Assembly: GCA_002269645.1 (NCBI GenBank)
Contig: NIVC01000275.1
Coordinates: forward strand, 310,001-374,000
Source: Macrostomum lignano
Taxonomy: Eukaryota
Direction of reading: 5' to 3'
Length of the DNA stretch: 64,000 nucleotides
Below, in pieces: positions 21,271-33,405 of this stretch. The notes beneath the pieces are model-generated. The model searched no databases. It was not told the DNA's origin and was given only the letters and a program-made list of their open reading frames with translations. The position numbers were made by a program, and so were the translations under genes. Position 1 is the stretch's first letter. Each line of letters begins with the position of its first letter.

Positions 21271-22991
21271 CTAGAAGGACGCCGCCGCTCCGCTGCCTGT
21301 CATAGCGGCGGCGGTGGCGGCGGCTGCGGCGCCAACCTGCCTGAAGATATGGCCGGCCGGCTTGACAAAGTGGAAGTCCTGCGCCCGGCAGTGGGCGCAC
21401 GCGGCCGCCTGGCTGAAGTGGGAGAAGGCGCTGGGCAGCTCGGCGGAGTCCTTCACGGCTGGCCGGCGGCAGTGGGCGCACATCAGGCGGTCCGGGCAGC
21501 ACGGGCAGCAGGCGAACACATCAAACAGGTAGACACCGCCAATCAGCAGGTGGGAGCCATCCCAGACTCGCTGGCAGAACCGGCAGCGGCTGTGCAGGGT
21601 GGACACACAGGCGCAGTGCATGCAGACAGCGTGCAGGTAGCCTTTGCCGCAGGCTGGGCTGTCCTTGTTGTGGCGCAGCGGGCTGAGGAAGAAGGTGCCG
21701 TCCACCAGGGGGAAGTGGTCGTAGACGGGCATCTGGCGGGAGCAGAGGACGCAGGCGACGGTTGGGCAGCGGCAGGCGGTCAGGGTGGTGAGCACCAGAG
21801 ACTTGAGCTCGTCATTCTCTGTTGAGCTGTCGTCCTCGGTGACAATGTGGAACTTGTTCTGCTTCCAGCGGGGCAGCGCCTTCAGACTGTCGTAGTTGTC
21901 GCTGCGCCTCTGGAAGATGTTGCCCCGGCTGTGGCCGCCGCCGCTGGCCGAAGCCGCGGCCGCGGCAGTGTAGACAGGCGAGGAGAAGGGCAGCGGGGCG
22001 CCGGGCGCGTTGCCGTCGGTCTGCGGCGGGCTCAGGCTGAAGTTGCCACTCTGGTTGGACGAGTTGCTGAGGTGCCGGAACCGTCTGCTGATCATGTCGG
22101 TCGGGCTGTAGGAGGAGCCACCGGCCACCAGGCCGTTGGTCTGGCGCTTGCGGACCCCGGCGGCGATGAGCTGCGGCGGCGACTGCCGGGTGTCCCGGCT
22201 GACCTGGCCGCGGCCGCAGGGGCACCGGATCTTTCCCATGGTGCCAGGGGCGCGCAGTTTGGAGGCGTTGAGCAGGACGCGCTCCCAGCGGCCAAAACAG
22301 TCAGCATGGGCCCACAGGCCTGGTTGGGAGAGATCATGTTTGTGACACACGACAAGTAAACGGCGGGAGTAACTATATCCCCTCGGCCTCGTCATATTAT
22401 TAGTCTTAAAGATACGTGGAAATTTTCAAGTCAATACTAATTGCAAGGACTACTCAATTAATCCTTGAGTTGTCCTTGGTCTGTTGAAATGGGTGGCATT
22501 AAGAAACACAAAATACAATTAGAAACGTTTCAATTTTAGCACAGGGGATCTGTACTGTGTTTGCGCAATTCACTAAGTACATGCATGCTTGTAAGTTTCT
22601 GGCTTTTTAGCGTAATATAATCCTTGCCAAAGGGAGCCAGAGAATGCTTCACAGTTTTGAACAATTCATCACTTCGGTTTTCTCTACTTTCACCTTTGTC
22701 AATCGATTTTTTGGTGCTAAGTTGCTTTGCACTTTAAATAAACAGCCGAGCTGCTTGCTGATTGACTGACTCACTGTGACTGCAGTGCGCGTTGGAGCAG
22801 ACCAGCTTGACAGCGTCGCCTGGCTCGTCGGGATCAATCATGAGATCGCCGGGGTCCAGGCAGCCGTTCAGCGCGTGGCCCGGCTTGCTGGGGTCCGGCT
22901 CGGCGTGCAGGCAGCAGGGAACACCCGGCGACACGGCGATGCCGTTCTCCACGGGTGACTCGGAAGCTTTGCGCACTCGACTGCTGGACAT
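21271..22991 (-). CDS. HECA: Headcase protein homolog, ~421 aa, 2 coding exons
   Basis: Exons 22991-22775 and 22319-21271 (phase-1 GT-AG intron). N-terminal DAVKLVCSNAHCSHSLWAHADCFGRWE and CPCGRGQVSRD. C-terminal headcase domain with NKFHIVTEDD, CVLCSRQMPVYDHFPLVDGTFFLSP, LHAVCMHC, WDGSHLLIGGVYLFDVFACCPCC, FSHFSQAAACAHC..DFHFVKP. Confidence 0.92.
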
Positions 22992-23700
22992 TGTTGACTT
23001 GCCCTGTGCCCGGCTGACTGCTCCGCTTAAAACAAGAGGAATCGTTTGAAATGGCGGCGACGGGCGAGGATCAAGAAAGGAAAAGTAAAGGATGGCGATA
23101 GAGACTATGACGCGATGAGGAGATGACGGGGCGAGGAGATGGGAGAAAGGAATGACAGGGTGCGAGGCCTCGCTTAGGTTCAATTTGCTAAAAATGAGAG
23201 AGGAGAAAACAGGCAATGTCTGGCTTAGCAGTGCGCTTTTCTATCTGCGCAACTAAATGTACGCGAATACACGCCTGCCTCTCCCAACATGCTTTCCTGT
23301 CTTTCTGATCTCGGAAAGCGCTTGCCGGGGCCTGTGAATGGAGAAGCGGGCGGACGGCTCTCTGACCCTCTCAGAGAGCGTGAATGTACATTCAGCCTTT
23401 CCCTCAAGAGTGTACAATCAAACCTCCCCTCAAAACAGTGTACATTCCTATCTTTCCAGAACTTTCTAGCTAGCTGGCATTAGTTCTTCCCCCTTATTTT
23501 AGACAGCGTACACTGGAACACAAGTTTTTCTCTCCAATGGCCCGGCCGGGGAGGGCGGGGTCTATTTGCAAGGAAACGCGACTTGCACTTTAAAACCGCC
23601 GCATCTAGTGTCTGTACTTAGCCAAGTCTATGCTATGCGGAGCTGAGGGTGAGAGGCTCTAGCAAGCGGTCGGGTGAGACAGTTGGCAATGCGGAGTACG

Positions 23701-23701
<1 letters not shown>

Positions 23702-23763
<62 letters not shown>
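23702..23763. repeat. (CA)n microsatellite
   Basis: Perfect CA run of about 31 units. Confidence 0.97.
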
Positions 23764-23764
<1 letters not shown>

Positions 23765-24584
23765 TCAGTAAGAGGCCCGACAAGGCTAATTCGGCTAAAG
23801 AAAAGTAGGAAGGGCCGGCAGCCCCCCCCCTGGTCAGGTGACCAAGGGAAGCTAGTGAACAATGATGCACTTCTTTCGTTCATTTGCTAATGTACAAGGC
23901 CGCCTGCACAGCAATGCTAACTTCAACTGCATTAGGCGATTAACATTATTTTGCATGTAGTAAAGAGTCCTCAGACTCCTCTAAAGAGTCATAAGACTGC
24001 CGGCCACAAATATTGTGAAATTCAGAAGTATCTTAATAGCTTTTAGAGAAGAGTCAATTCTTTTTTAAATCAAGTTTAGATGTACAAAATAAGAGGCTGG
24101 CCGTATGTATGGTTTTATTACAATTAAACTATATATAATTTAATATGATTGCCATGTTTATATATATATATTTTAATTTAAAATATACTCAGCCGCAGGA
24201 GACAACTTAAGGTTGGTTTAATCAATGAGCGGAGCGGCATGCGATCAATAATATTTATAGATCAATCGAAAGAAAACGTGAGCAAACTACTCGTGCACTA
24301 AACACTAACTGGAAGCAATAAACGGTGACAAGAGCCGCTAAATGATCACATCCACATTGTCTATAGAGACTGAATTTACTGTGAACTATGCCTATTGTGC
24401 TGCTATGTTGGAAATAAAGTCTGCGTTCGCAATCAAAACGGGGTTTGCATTGTATAAAATCTTCAAGTATAAGGGTTAAAACACATCCTCCTCGAATACT
24501 AACAATGGGAGAAATGAATGATGACGAGCATAAGACTGATTGGTTAAAAGGCAAGTCTTAAGGCTTGAGTGCTGGGGTCGGGCA

Positions 24585-24800
24585 GATGAGGGTGCACTGA
24601 AGGGCTGGGACAGCTGAGGGCGCACTGAAGGGCTGGGACAGTTGAGGGTGCACTGAAGGGCTGGGACAGCTAAGGGTGCACTGAAGGGCTGGGTCAGCTG
24701 AGGGTGCACTGAAGGGCTGGGTCAGCTAAGGGTGCACTGAAGGGCTGGGGCAGCTGATGGCGCACTGAAGGGCTGGGACAGCTGAGGGTGCACTGAAGGA
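24585..24800. repeat. 28-bp minisatellite (GAGGGTGCACTGAAGGGCTGGGACAGCT)
   Basis: About 8 copies. Confidence 0.9.
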
Positions 24801-25117
24801 TACAAGAATAAAAATCGTATAAAACTACTGAATAACAGATGAATAAATGTGAAGCCAGATTAGGAAACCAGCCCAGTCACAGTAACAAGTGTACATGCTG
24901 TTAATAATTAATGAGATTAAATATGCACACATGGATAAAAACGAGTACTGTTGACACCGAATCTGAGAATGACGCTTGCCCGAGTCATCGTTAGAATATT
25001 GATGACAATTTAGAATTGTAATGAGCAAACATAAGCCAGGAAAATTCAAGAGATGCATGGCAGATCTACAGAACTGAGAGAATAGAAAGTTTGTCAAAAA
25101 AAAACAAAAATTTGTTT

Positions 25118-25392
25118 CTAATCCAGATTCTACTATACACATCTTGCTAGTTTAGAAGTCTCGGGGCGCAGTTTCCAATCCAGATTCTACTATACACATC
25201 TTGCTAGTTTAGAAGTCTCGGGGCGCAGTTTCCAATCCAGATTCTACTATACACATCTTGCTAGTTTAGAAGTCTCGGGGGCGCAGTTTCCAATCCAGAT
25301 TCTACTATACACATCTCGCTAGTTTAGAAGTCTCGGGGGCGCAGTTTCCAATCCAGATTCTACTATACACATCTTGCTAGCTTAGAAGTCCC
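25118..25392. repeat. 57/58-bp tandem repeat immediately 3' of the p85 stop codon
   Basis: Unit TTTCCAATCCAGATTCTACTATACACATCTTGCTAGTTTAGAAGTCTCGGGG(G)CGCAG, about 5 copies. Confidence 0.93.
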
Positions 25393-25407
25393 GGGCAGAA
25401 GCCGCGG

Positions 25408-28400
25408 TCAAACGTAGGTATTGTTAGTCCGCTCGGCGGCATTCATCTGGGCCAGCTGCTTCAGCGGCAGCAGTAGAAAGGTGTCCATGTCGCGGTTGTG
25501 CTTGCCCAGCGAGTTCACCCGGTAGTGCGCGACCAGCTCCTCCAGGCTGGGGAACGAGGTCGGACTGACGTAGTCGAAGCCGCACCGGCCGGTCTGCTGC
25601 TGGCCGGCGCCCAGCTCCATGAAGATCTTGCAGAAGCGGACACCGCACGGACTGCGGACGGACAGCACTAGGCTCTCCTCGCCACCTGAGCGAGACGCGT
25701 GAATCAGGAAGGTGCCGATTGGCGCATTGTCCAGATGGCGCAGCAGCGGGTCGGCCTTGGTGATCTGCCTGTCCAGCCAGTCGGCGGGGTCCCACGGCGC
25801 CGCGGAGGTCGAACCCACCGGGTCCTCGGCCAGCGACAGTCGCTCGAAGCTGTCGGCGCAGCCGGGGAAGTAGCCGCCGAGATTGGCGGCGTCCTCGGCG
25901 TCCACCGTCTCGCGCAGCACGCCGTACAGGGTCATCAGGATGGCCTTGAGGCGGATGCGCTTCTCCTGGATTGCGCGAACGTCTCCGCGCATCGTGCGCA
26001 CCTCGGCCTGCATCACCTGGCTATCGTGCCGGATCCGCTGCGCCTCCTTCTCGGCCGCTTCCTGCCTGGACCGGTACATCTGCATGCGGCTCACCTGCGG
26101 AATGGGCGGCGGGGGTGGCTTTATGGGTTGCCAGCGGTATGCTGCTTGCGGGATCAGGTAGAAACAGGTGAGGAGAAGGGAGCATAGGGAGAATCCAGAT
26201 GGGAGCATAGGGAGAATCCAGATGGGATCATAGGGAGAATCCAGATGGGAGCATAGGGAGAATCCAGATGGGGATCGAGGGAACCCATATGGGGATCAGG
26301 GGAGAATCAATATGGGGATTAAGGGAAAATTCCGAGAATACCGATACTCACGATTCCACTCCAATAAACTTATCACTCACCTGCGAGTCCCGATTGGTCT
26401 TCATGAGCTGTTCCAGAGCACTGCGCCGCTCAATGAGTCTGTCCATCTTGGCGATATTGTTGGTAAGGGTGAGCACGACCTGCGAGTAGCACTTAGCGCC
26501 GCGCTCCGCCTCCAGCTGCTGATCCTTTAGCGTTCCCATAGTAACAATGTTCTCGTCCATCTTTGTAAACACGTCGGAGATTTCGCGACCCATTTCTTGG
26601 TAGAGGGTCAGCAGCTCCTGCCTCATCTGGGCGGGAAAACCAATTCGAGATGGGATCAATACGACTCATACGAGCCTCATGCGCCCCATCACTCGATTCT
26701 TCCCATCTCCACAATCTTCCCCCTTTCCGTCACTCCAATTCTTCCCCTTTCTCGTCACTCCAATTCTACCCCTTTCTCGTCATTCCAATTCTTCCCATTC
26801 CCGTTACTTCAATTCTTCCTCTTTCCTGTCACCCCCAATTCTTCTCCTTTCTCGTCACTCCAATTCTTCCCCATTCTCAAAAAAATAATCTTCCCCCTTT
26901 CTCGTCACTCCCAATTCTTCCTCTTTATCGTCACTCCCATTTTTCCCCTTTCTCGACCCTCCAATTCTTCCCCTTTCCTGTCACTCAAATTCTTCCCTTT
27001 TCTCGTCACCCCAATGCTTCCTCTTTCTCGTCACCCCAATTCTTCCCCATTCTCGTCACTCCTAATTCTTCCCCTTTCTCGTCACCACAATTCTTCCCTT
27101 TCCTGTCACTCAAATTCTTCCCTTTTCTCGTCACCTTAATTCTTCCCCTTTCTCGTAAATCGAATTCTCCCCTTTCCTGTCACTCAAATTCTTCCCCCTT
27201 TCTCGTCCCTACCAAATCTCTCTTTTCTCGTCACTCTAATTTTTCCCCTTTCTCTTAAATGCAATTCTTCCGCATTCTCTGACTCTAATTCTTCCCCACA
27301 CCCTGCAACCCAAATTCCTCCCCTACGAGTGAACAGCAAAACACAGATCCCCAGCTCACTTCTTCGCTGTTCCCCTTGGAGGCAGATTCAGCTGGGCAGC
27401 CTGCAAACTTGCTAATGGGATAGAGGAGCAACACGTCCAGGTTGTTATTGTACTCGCGCAGCGAATTGTAGGTGTAGTGATTGATGACCTGGGCTACCGT
27501 GTAGAACTCGGTGGCCCGCTCGGAGAAGCCGTACGTGACCCGGTCGCCGGTCTTGTAGCGCGGATAGATTCTAATCAGCTTGTTCTCGCCGTCCTTCTTC
27601 AGAGTCAGCGTGTAGCCGCCGCTCATGTTGGCGGCGTTGCGCACTAGGAATGAGCCGTCCGGCCGGTTGGCCAGCACGGCTTGAACCTCCGACTTGGAGA
27701 TGTCGCCCCAGTACCACGGTTGCTCGGGCAGGGAGATGTGATCCACCTGCGGGATGGCGCAGCGGTTGCTTTTAGTTGTCAAGCCGGTTTCACTTATGAG
27801 CTAGTTGCTAGGCAGTTCTGGGGATTGGATATAATTGGGGTTGGGGTTTGAGATCGGGAATCGGGATAGTGATGGGATTTGAGATTGGGAATCGGGACAG
27901 CGATGGGATTTGAGATTGGAAATCGGAACACTGATGGGATTTGAGATTGGGAATCGGGACACTGATGGGATTTGAGATTGGGAATCGGGACACTGATGGG
28001 ATTTGAGATTGGGAATCGGGACAGCGATGGGATTTGAGATTGGGAATCGGGACAGTGATGGGATTTGAGATTGGGAATCGGGACAGTGATGGGATTTGAG
28101 ATTGAGAATGTGGATGGGATTTGAGATTGGGAATCTGGATGGGATTTGAGATTGGGAATCATGATGGGATTTGAGATTGGGAATCATGATGGGATTTGAG
28201 ATTGGGAATCTGGACAGTGATGGGATTTGAGATTGAGAATCGGGATGGGATTTGAGATTGGGAATCGGGATGGGATTTAAGATTGAGAATCTGGATGGGA
28301 TTTGAGATTGGGAATCAGGATGGCATTTGAGATTGGAAATCGGGATGGGATTTGAGATTGAGAATCTGGATGGGATTTGAGATTGGGAATCATGATGGGA

Positions 28401-31400
28401 TTTGAGATTGGGAATCTGGATGGGATTTGAGATTGGGAATCATGATGGGATTTGAGATTGGGAATCTGGATGGGATTTGAGATTGGGAATCATGATGGGA
28501 TTTGAGATTGGGAATCAAGATGGGATTTGAGATTGGGAATCTGGATGGGATTTGAGATTGGGAATCTGGATGGGGTTTGAGATCGGGAATCGGGACAGTG
28601 ATGGGATTTGAGATTGGAAATCAGGACACTGATGGGATTTGAGATTGGGAATCGGGACAGCGATGGGATTTGAGATTGGGAATCGGGACAGTGATGGGAT
28701 TTGAGATTGGGAATCGGGACAGTGATGGGATTTGAGATTGAGAATGTGGATGGGATTTGAGATTGGGAATCTGGATGGGATTTGAGATTGGGAATCATGA
28801 TGGGATTTGAGATTGGGAATCATGATGGGATTTGAGATTGGGAATCTGGACAGTGATGGGATTTGAGATTGAGAATCGGGATGGGATTTGAGATTGGGAA
28901 TCGGGATGGGATTTAAGATTGAGAATCTGGATGGGATTTGAGATTGGGAATCAGGATGGCATTTGAGATTGGAAATCGGGATGGGATTTGAGATTGAGAA
29001 TCTGGATGGGATTTGAGATTGGGAATCATGATGGGATTTGAGATTGGGAATCTGGATGGGATTTGAGATTGGGAATCATGATGGGATTTGAGATTGGGAA
29101 TCTGGATGGGATTTGAGATTGGGAATCATGATGGGATTTGAGATTGGGAATCAAGATGGGATTTGAGATTGGGAATCTGGATGGGATTTGAGATTGGGAA
29201 TCTGGATGGGATTTGAGATTGGGAATCTGGATGGGATTTGAGATTGGGAATCTGGATGGGATTTGAGATTGGGAATCTGGATGGGATTTGAGATTGGGAA
29301 TCTGGATGGGATTTGAGATCAGAAATCTGGATGGGATTTGAGATTGGGAATCGGGATGGGATTTGAGATTGGGAATCTGGATGGGATTTGAGATCAGAAA
29401 TCTGGATGGGATTTGAGATTGGAAATCAGGACACTGATGGGATTTGAGATTGGGAATCGGGATGGGATTTGAGATTGGGAATCTGGATGGGATTTGAGAT
29501 TGGGAATCTAGATGGGATTTGAGATTGGGAATCTGGATGGGATTTGAGATTGGGAATCCGGATGGGATTTGAGATTGGGAATCTGGATGGGATTTGAGAT
29601 CAGAAATCTGGATGGGATTTGAGATTGGGAATCGGGATGGGATTTGAGATTGGGAATCTGGATGGGATTTGAGATCAGAAATCTGGATGGGATTTGAGAT
29701 TGGGAATCATGATGGGATTTGAGATTGGGAATCGGGATGGGATTTGAGATTGGGAATCGGGATGGAATTTGAGATTGGGAATTGGGACAGTGATGGGATT
29801 TGAGATTGGGAATCGGGATGGGATTTGAGATTGGGAATCGGGATGGGATTTGAGATTGGGAATCGGGATGGGATTTAAGATTGGGAATCTGGATGGGATT
29901 TGGGATTGGGAATCTAGATGGGATTTGGGATTGGGAATCTGGATGGGATTTGAGATTGGGAATCGGGATGGGATTTGAGATTGGGAATCGGGACAGTGAT
30001 ACGATACGATACAGTAACTGTAGGGTATAGGACCAAGGAAGGCTCACAACCACCCCAGGGAGACAGCAGCCAGACTGAGGAACGAACCTGAGACGGGTCG
30101 TTAAGCACCAGAAATGAAGGCAGCACGCAGCCCCAGCGGCCGTGGGACAGCACCCCCTTGGCAACGTCGTGCAATGGCACAACACAAGGCCGACTGTGCT
30201 CGCCGGCCACCATCCCGGTCACTCGGGACCAGGCCGGACGGAGCAGCAGCTGGCCGAAAACGCGCGACCACGAAATGAAATACTGACGGTCGGCGTTTCG
30301 AACCCGCCTGAAGATCTGCACAAAGTGGCACATGAGGTGCTGCAGAGTAGCCCTATGATGGTCGGGGGCCTCCGACAGCAGACGGCGGAGCTCCACGGCC
30401 TGCTGATGCAGCTGGCTGGCAGGCAGGTCCATGAGGCGGACGAATCTGCGCGGGAGGCGAGTGACAGATTCGCTGGGGTGAGAGGGCGACTCTCTGGGAT
30501 GAGAGGGCGACTCTCTGGGATGAGAGGGCGACTCTCTGGGATGAGAGGGCGACTCTCTGGGATGAGAGGGCGACTCTCTGGGATGAGAGGGCGACTCTCT
30601 AGGGTAAGAGGGCGAATCTCTAGAATGAGAGGGCGACTCTCTGGGATGAGAGGGCGACTCTCTGGGATGAGAGGGCGACTCTCTGGGATGAGAGGGCGAC
30701 TCTCTGGGATGAGAGGGCGACTCGTTGGTATGAGAGGGCGACTCTCTGACAGGTAGGAAGCGATTCTCAGACTTGGAACTCTCTGATGCGCCAATGCCAG
30801 CCTTCAGTCTCACTTGTCGTAGTGCTGGCAGGGCAGCAGTGAGGTCGGCAGCTCCTGCAGCCACAGTTTGAGCAGCTGGGCCGCCAACTTGCCGTCCAGT
30901 TTATTAAACGCGGCCGGCCCAACTCCGCAGCCGAAGTCGGCGCGAAGGGCTTCAACGTCGGCGGCGGTCCGCCTGAAACGGTAGAACTGCAGCAGGTCGC
31001 CTGGATAAGTGAGGCTCTCCCGCTCCACTGTGTAAGTGCACAGCCGGACAATATAGGGCACCAGGTGCGAGGCCGCCTCCGGTGCCATGGAGTCGGGCGC
31101 GTCGGACAGAGCCGGCTGGTCAGAGTGGGCCAGGCTGTCGTACACGTTGGTGGAGTCGGCGTAGTTGTCCAGCTTGCGGCGAAAGCTCTCGTCTGGCAGC
31201 TGCTGCTCGCCTGCGGCTACCTGCTCATCAATGGACGCGCCGAACACGATGGACGGCACCATAGGCGGCACGGTGGGTCGGCAGGATTCGTCACCTTCAG
31301 CACCGGTTGCCCCCCACCGGTGAAACCTGGCGCAGTGCCGATGCGCGACCCGGCCGCAGACGGTGCACTGCAGGCCCTGCTGGTAGATGCCCAGCAGCCG

Positions 31401-33405
31401 GAGCCCGCAAGCTGCGCACTCAGTCTGGTGTCCGGCAAAGCTGGCCAGCCGCATCCGATGCCCGGCCGGACTGTCCGGATGTCCGAGCCGCCACTCGGTT
31501 CCGGCTTTGTCCGCCTCTGGCCAGTCGCGGTAGCCGGCCAGCAGTTGCTCCAAGGCGGCCGAGATCGCCCGCCGGTGCGGTACATCCTGCATCCGCCAGT
31601 CCTTCTCCAGCACCTGGTCCGTGAGACCGCGGAGGCACGCGCCGCCTGTTCGGAGTTGAAAGGGGCGGCGATGAGGAATCGAGAGTTTGGATTCCGAATT
31701 TACAAATCCCAAAAGTGTGGGAATGGTTTTCAACCCACATGAACTGCAGATTACACCAGATACAGATCCCAAAACAGTAAAGCCATAGATCCCAAAACAG
31801 TAAAGCCACAGATCCCGATGAATAAAAGCCAATCAACAGCAGCCATCAGTTACCCGGGAAGCCCCGCTGGCCGAGATATTTGCAGCAAGAGTCCAAGAAC
31901 CGGCTGAGGTTGGCAACGCACAGCCACTCCAGCACCATGCGGCTGGTCCAGGCTTCCACCAGCACGGGTTCCCAGTGCAAATACAGGTAGTGAGAATCGT
32001 CCGGCGGCGGGGCGAAGCCGTCGCAACCGACCAGAAGCTGCGACCCGGCGCCCGCCTCGGAGTCAGCAACGTCGCCGTATTTGTCGTCGACATCGCCGGA
32101 AGCCGCCGCCACAGCAGCGGCTGTACAGGACAGGTGAAAGACGCGCTTGCAGACGGCGCACTGCGCGGCGCCGCAGTTCCACAGATAGTCCTGGCACAGG
32201 GTGCAATAGCGCGGGCCGGACACGAACACGGTCGGGCCGCCAGGCAGGGCGTGCCGCCGTCGCTCCCGACTGCTGCTGGCCGCGGAGTCGCCACTGCTGC
32301 TGTCCGAGAGCTGAGGGCCTGACAAGCCTGGCATATTGGGATATGGGATCAAAATTGGGGACGTTGCAAACTGGGAAACAGTGGGAATAGGATGGGGATC
32401 ACAGTGCGAATAGGGTGGGGATCACAGTGCGAATAGGATGGGGATCACAGTGGGAATAGAATGGGGATCACAGTGCGAATAGGGTGGGGATCACAGTGCG
32501 AATAGGATGGGGATCACAGTGGGAATAGGGTGGGGATCAGTGGGAATTGGGTGGGGATCACAGTGCGAATAGGGTGGGGATCACAGTGGGAATATGGTGG
32601 GGATCAGTGGGAATTGGGTGGGGATCACAGTGCGAATAGGGTGGGGATCACAGTGCGAATAGGATAGGGATCACAGTGGGAATAGGGTGGGGATCACAGT
32701 GGGAATAGGGTGGGGATCACAGTGGGAATAGGGTGGGGATCACAGTGGGAATATGGTGGGGATCAGTGGGAATAGGGTGGGGATTACAGTGGAAATAGGG
32801 TGGGGATTACAGTGGAAATAGGGTCGAGATCACAGTGGGAATTGGGTGGGGATCAGAGTGGGAATTGGGTGGGGATCGCACAGTGGGAATTGGGTGGGGA
32901 TCGCACAGTGGGAATTGGGTGGGGATCGCACAGTGGGAATTGGGTGGGGATCGCACAGTGGGAATTGGGTGGGGATCACAGTGGGAATAGTTTGGGGATT
33001 ACAGTGGAAATAGGATTGGGTTACTGAGTAAGAGTATTCTGAGTAGCCAGGGTATCTTCAACCAATCAAAACAAGCAAAGAGCACAAAGCAAGGTCTGGA
33101 GAGTTGCCAGGATCAAGGAGAGAGAGAGCACTCCCGCCCTTACCAGCGTCAGTGGAGGGGTCATCCGCCTGCACCAGCTGCAGATACTTGGTGGGCACCA
33201 GGCCCTCCCGATTCTGATAGCGCACCCGGCAGGTGCCAGGCAGGACTGCGGTGGACACCGAAGACTCCGCAGGTGCCAAGCCAATCAGCTGAGCCCCAGC
33301 CTCCAGCACAGAGATGAAGCCAGCGGCCACTTCCTCATCGCTAGGAATAAATGGCTGCAGACAGCGATAGACAATGGCTAATGGTTTTGGTGGCTCTGTG
33401 GCCAT
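25408..33405 (-). CDS. PIK3R1: PI3K regulatory subunit, p85-like (SH3-C1-SAM-C1-RhoGAP-nSH2-iSH2-cSH2), ~1081 aa, 7 exons
   Basis: Exons 33405-33144, 32327-31854, 31645-30814, 30445-30088, 27746-27360, 26626-26381, 26094-25408 join in frame (3246 nt). SH3 (EGLVPTKYLQ), two Cys/His C1 fingers, SAM (WTSRMVLEWL...HRRAI), RhoGAP (VPYIVRLC, LLKLWLQELP, FGQLLLRP), p85-type nSH2 (PWYWGDISKSEV..PDGSFLVRNA..GGYTLTLKKDGENKLIRI; SLREYNNNLDVLLLYPISK), coiled iSH2, and cSH2 (SLEELVAHYRVNSLGKHN). Some acceptors have in-frame alternatives. Confidence 0.9.
26170..26330. repeat. ~21-bp degenerate repeat (GGGAGCATAGGGAGAATCCAGAT) in p85 intron 6
   Basis: About 6 copies. Confidence 0.75.
26690..27260. repeat. 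Degenerate CT-rich minisatellite (CCAATTCTTCCCCTTTCTCGTCACT) in p85 intron 5
   Basis: Repeated core visible throughout. Confidence 0.85.
27835..29997. repeat. Large 25/31-bp minisatellite (GATGGGATTTGAGATTGGGAATCTG) filling p85 intron 4
   Basis: About 80 copies, including a 636-bp higher-order duplication. Confidence 0.96.
30476..30748. repeat. 21-bp in-frame repeat (ESPSHPR on the minus strand) at the p85 intron 3/exon 4 boundary
   Basis: Unit GAGAGGGCGACTCTCTGGGAT, about 13 copies; the minus-strand frame is open across it. Confidence 0.93.
32385..33010. repeat. ~23-bp minisatellite (GGGTGGGGATCACAGTGGGAATA) in p85 intron 1
   Basis: About 27 copies. Confidence 0.93.

Noticed and set aside
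21240-21273. Stop-codon readthrough of headcase as in Drosophila
   Set aside because: Only 8 codons follow the TAG before another TAG.
21238-22359. Plus-strand ORFs of 170-195 aa opposite headcase, and similar antisense ORFs over other GC-rich exons
   Set aside because: Shadow frames caused by the high GC of the true coding strand.
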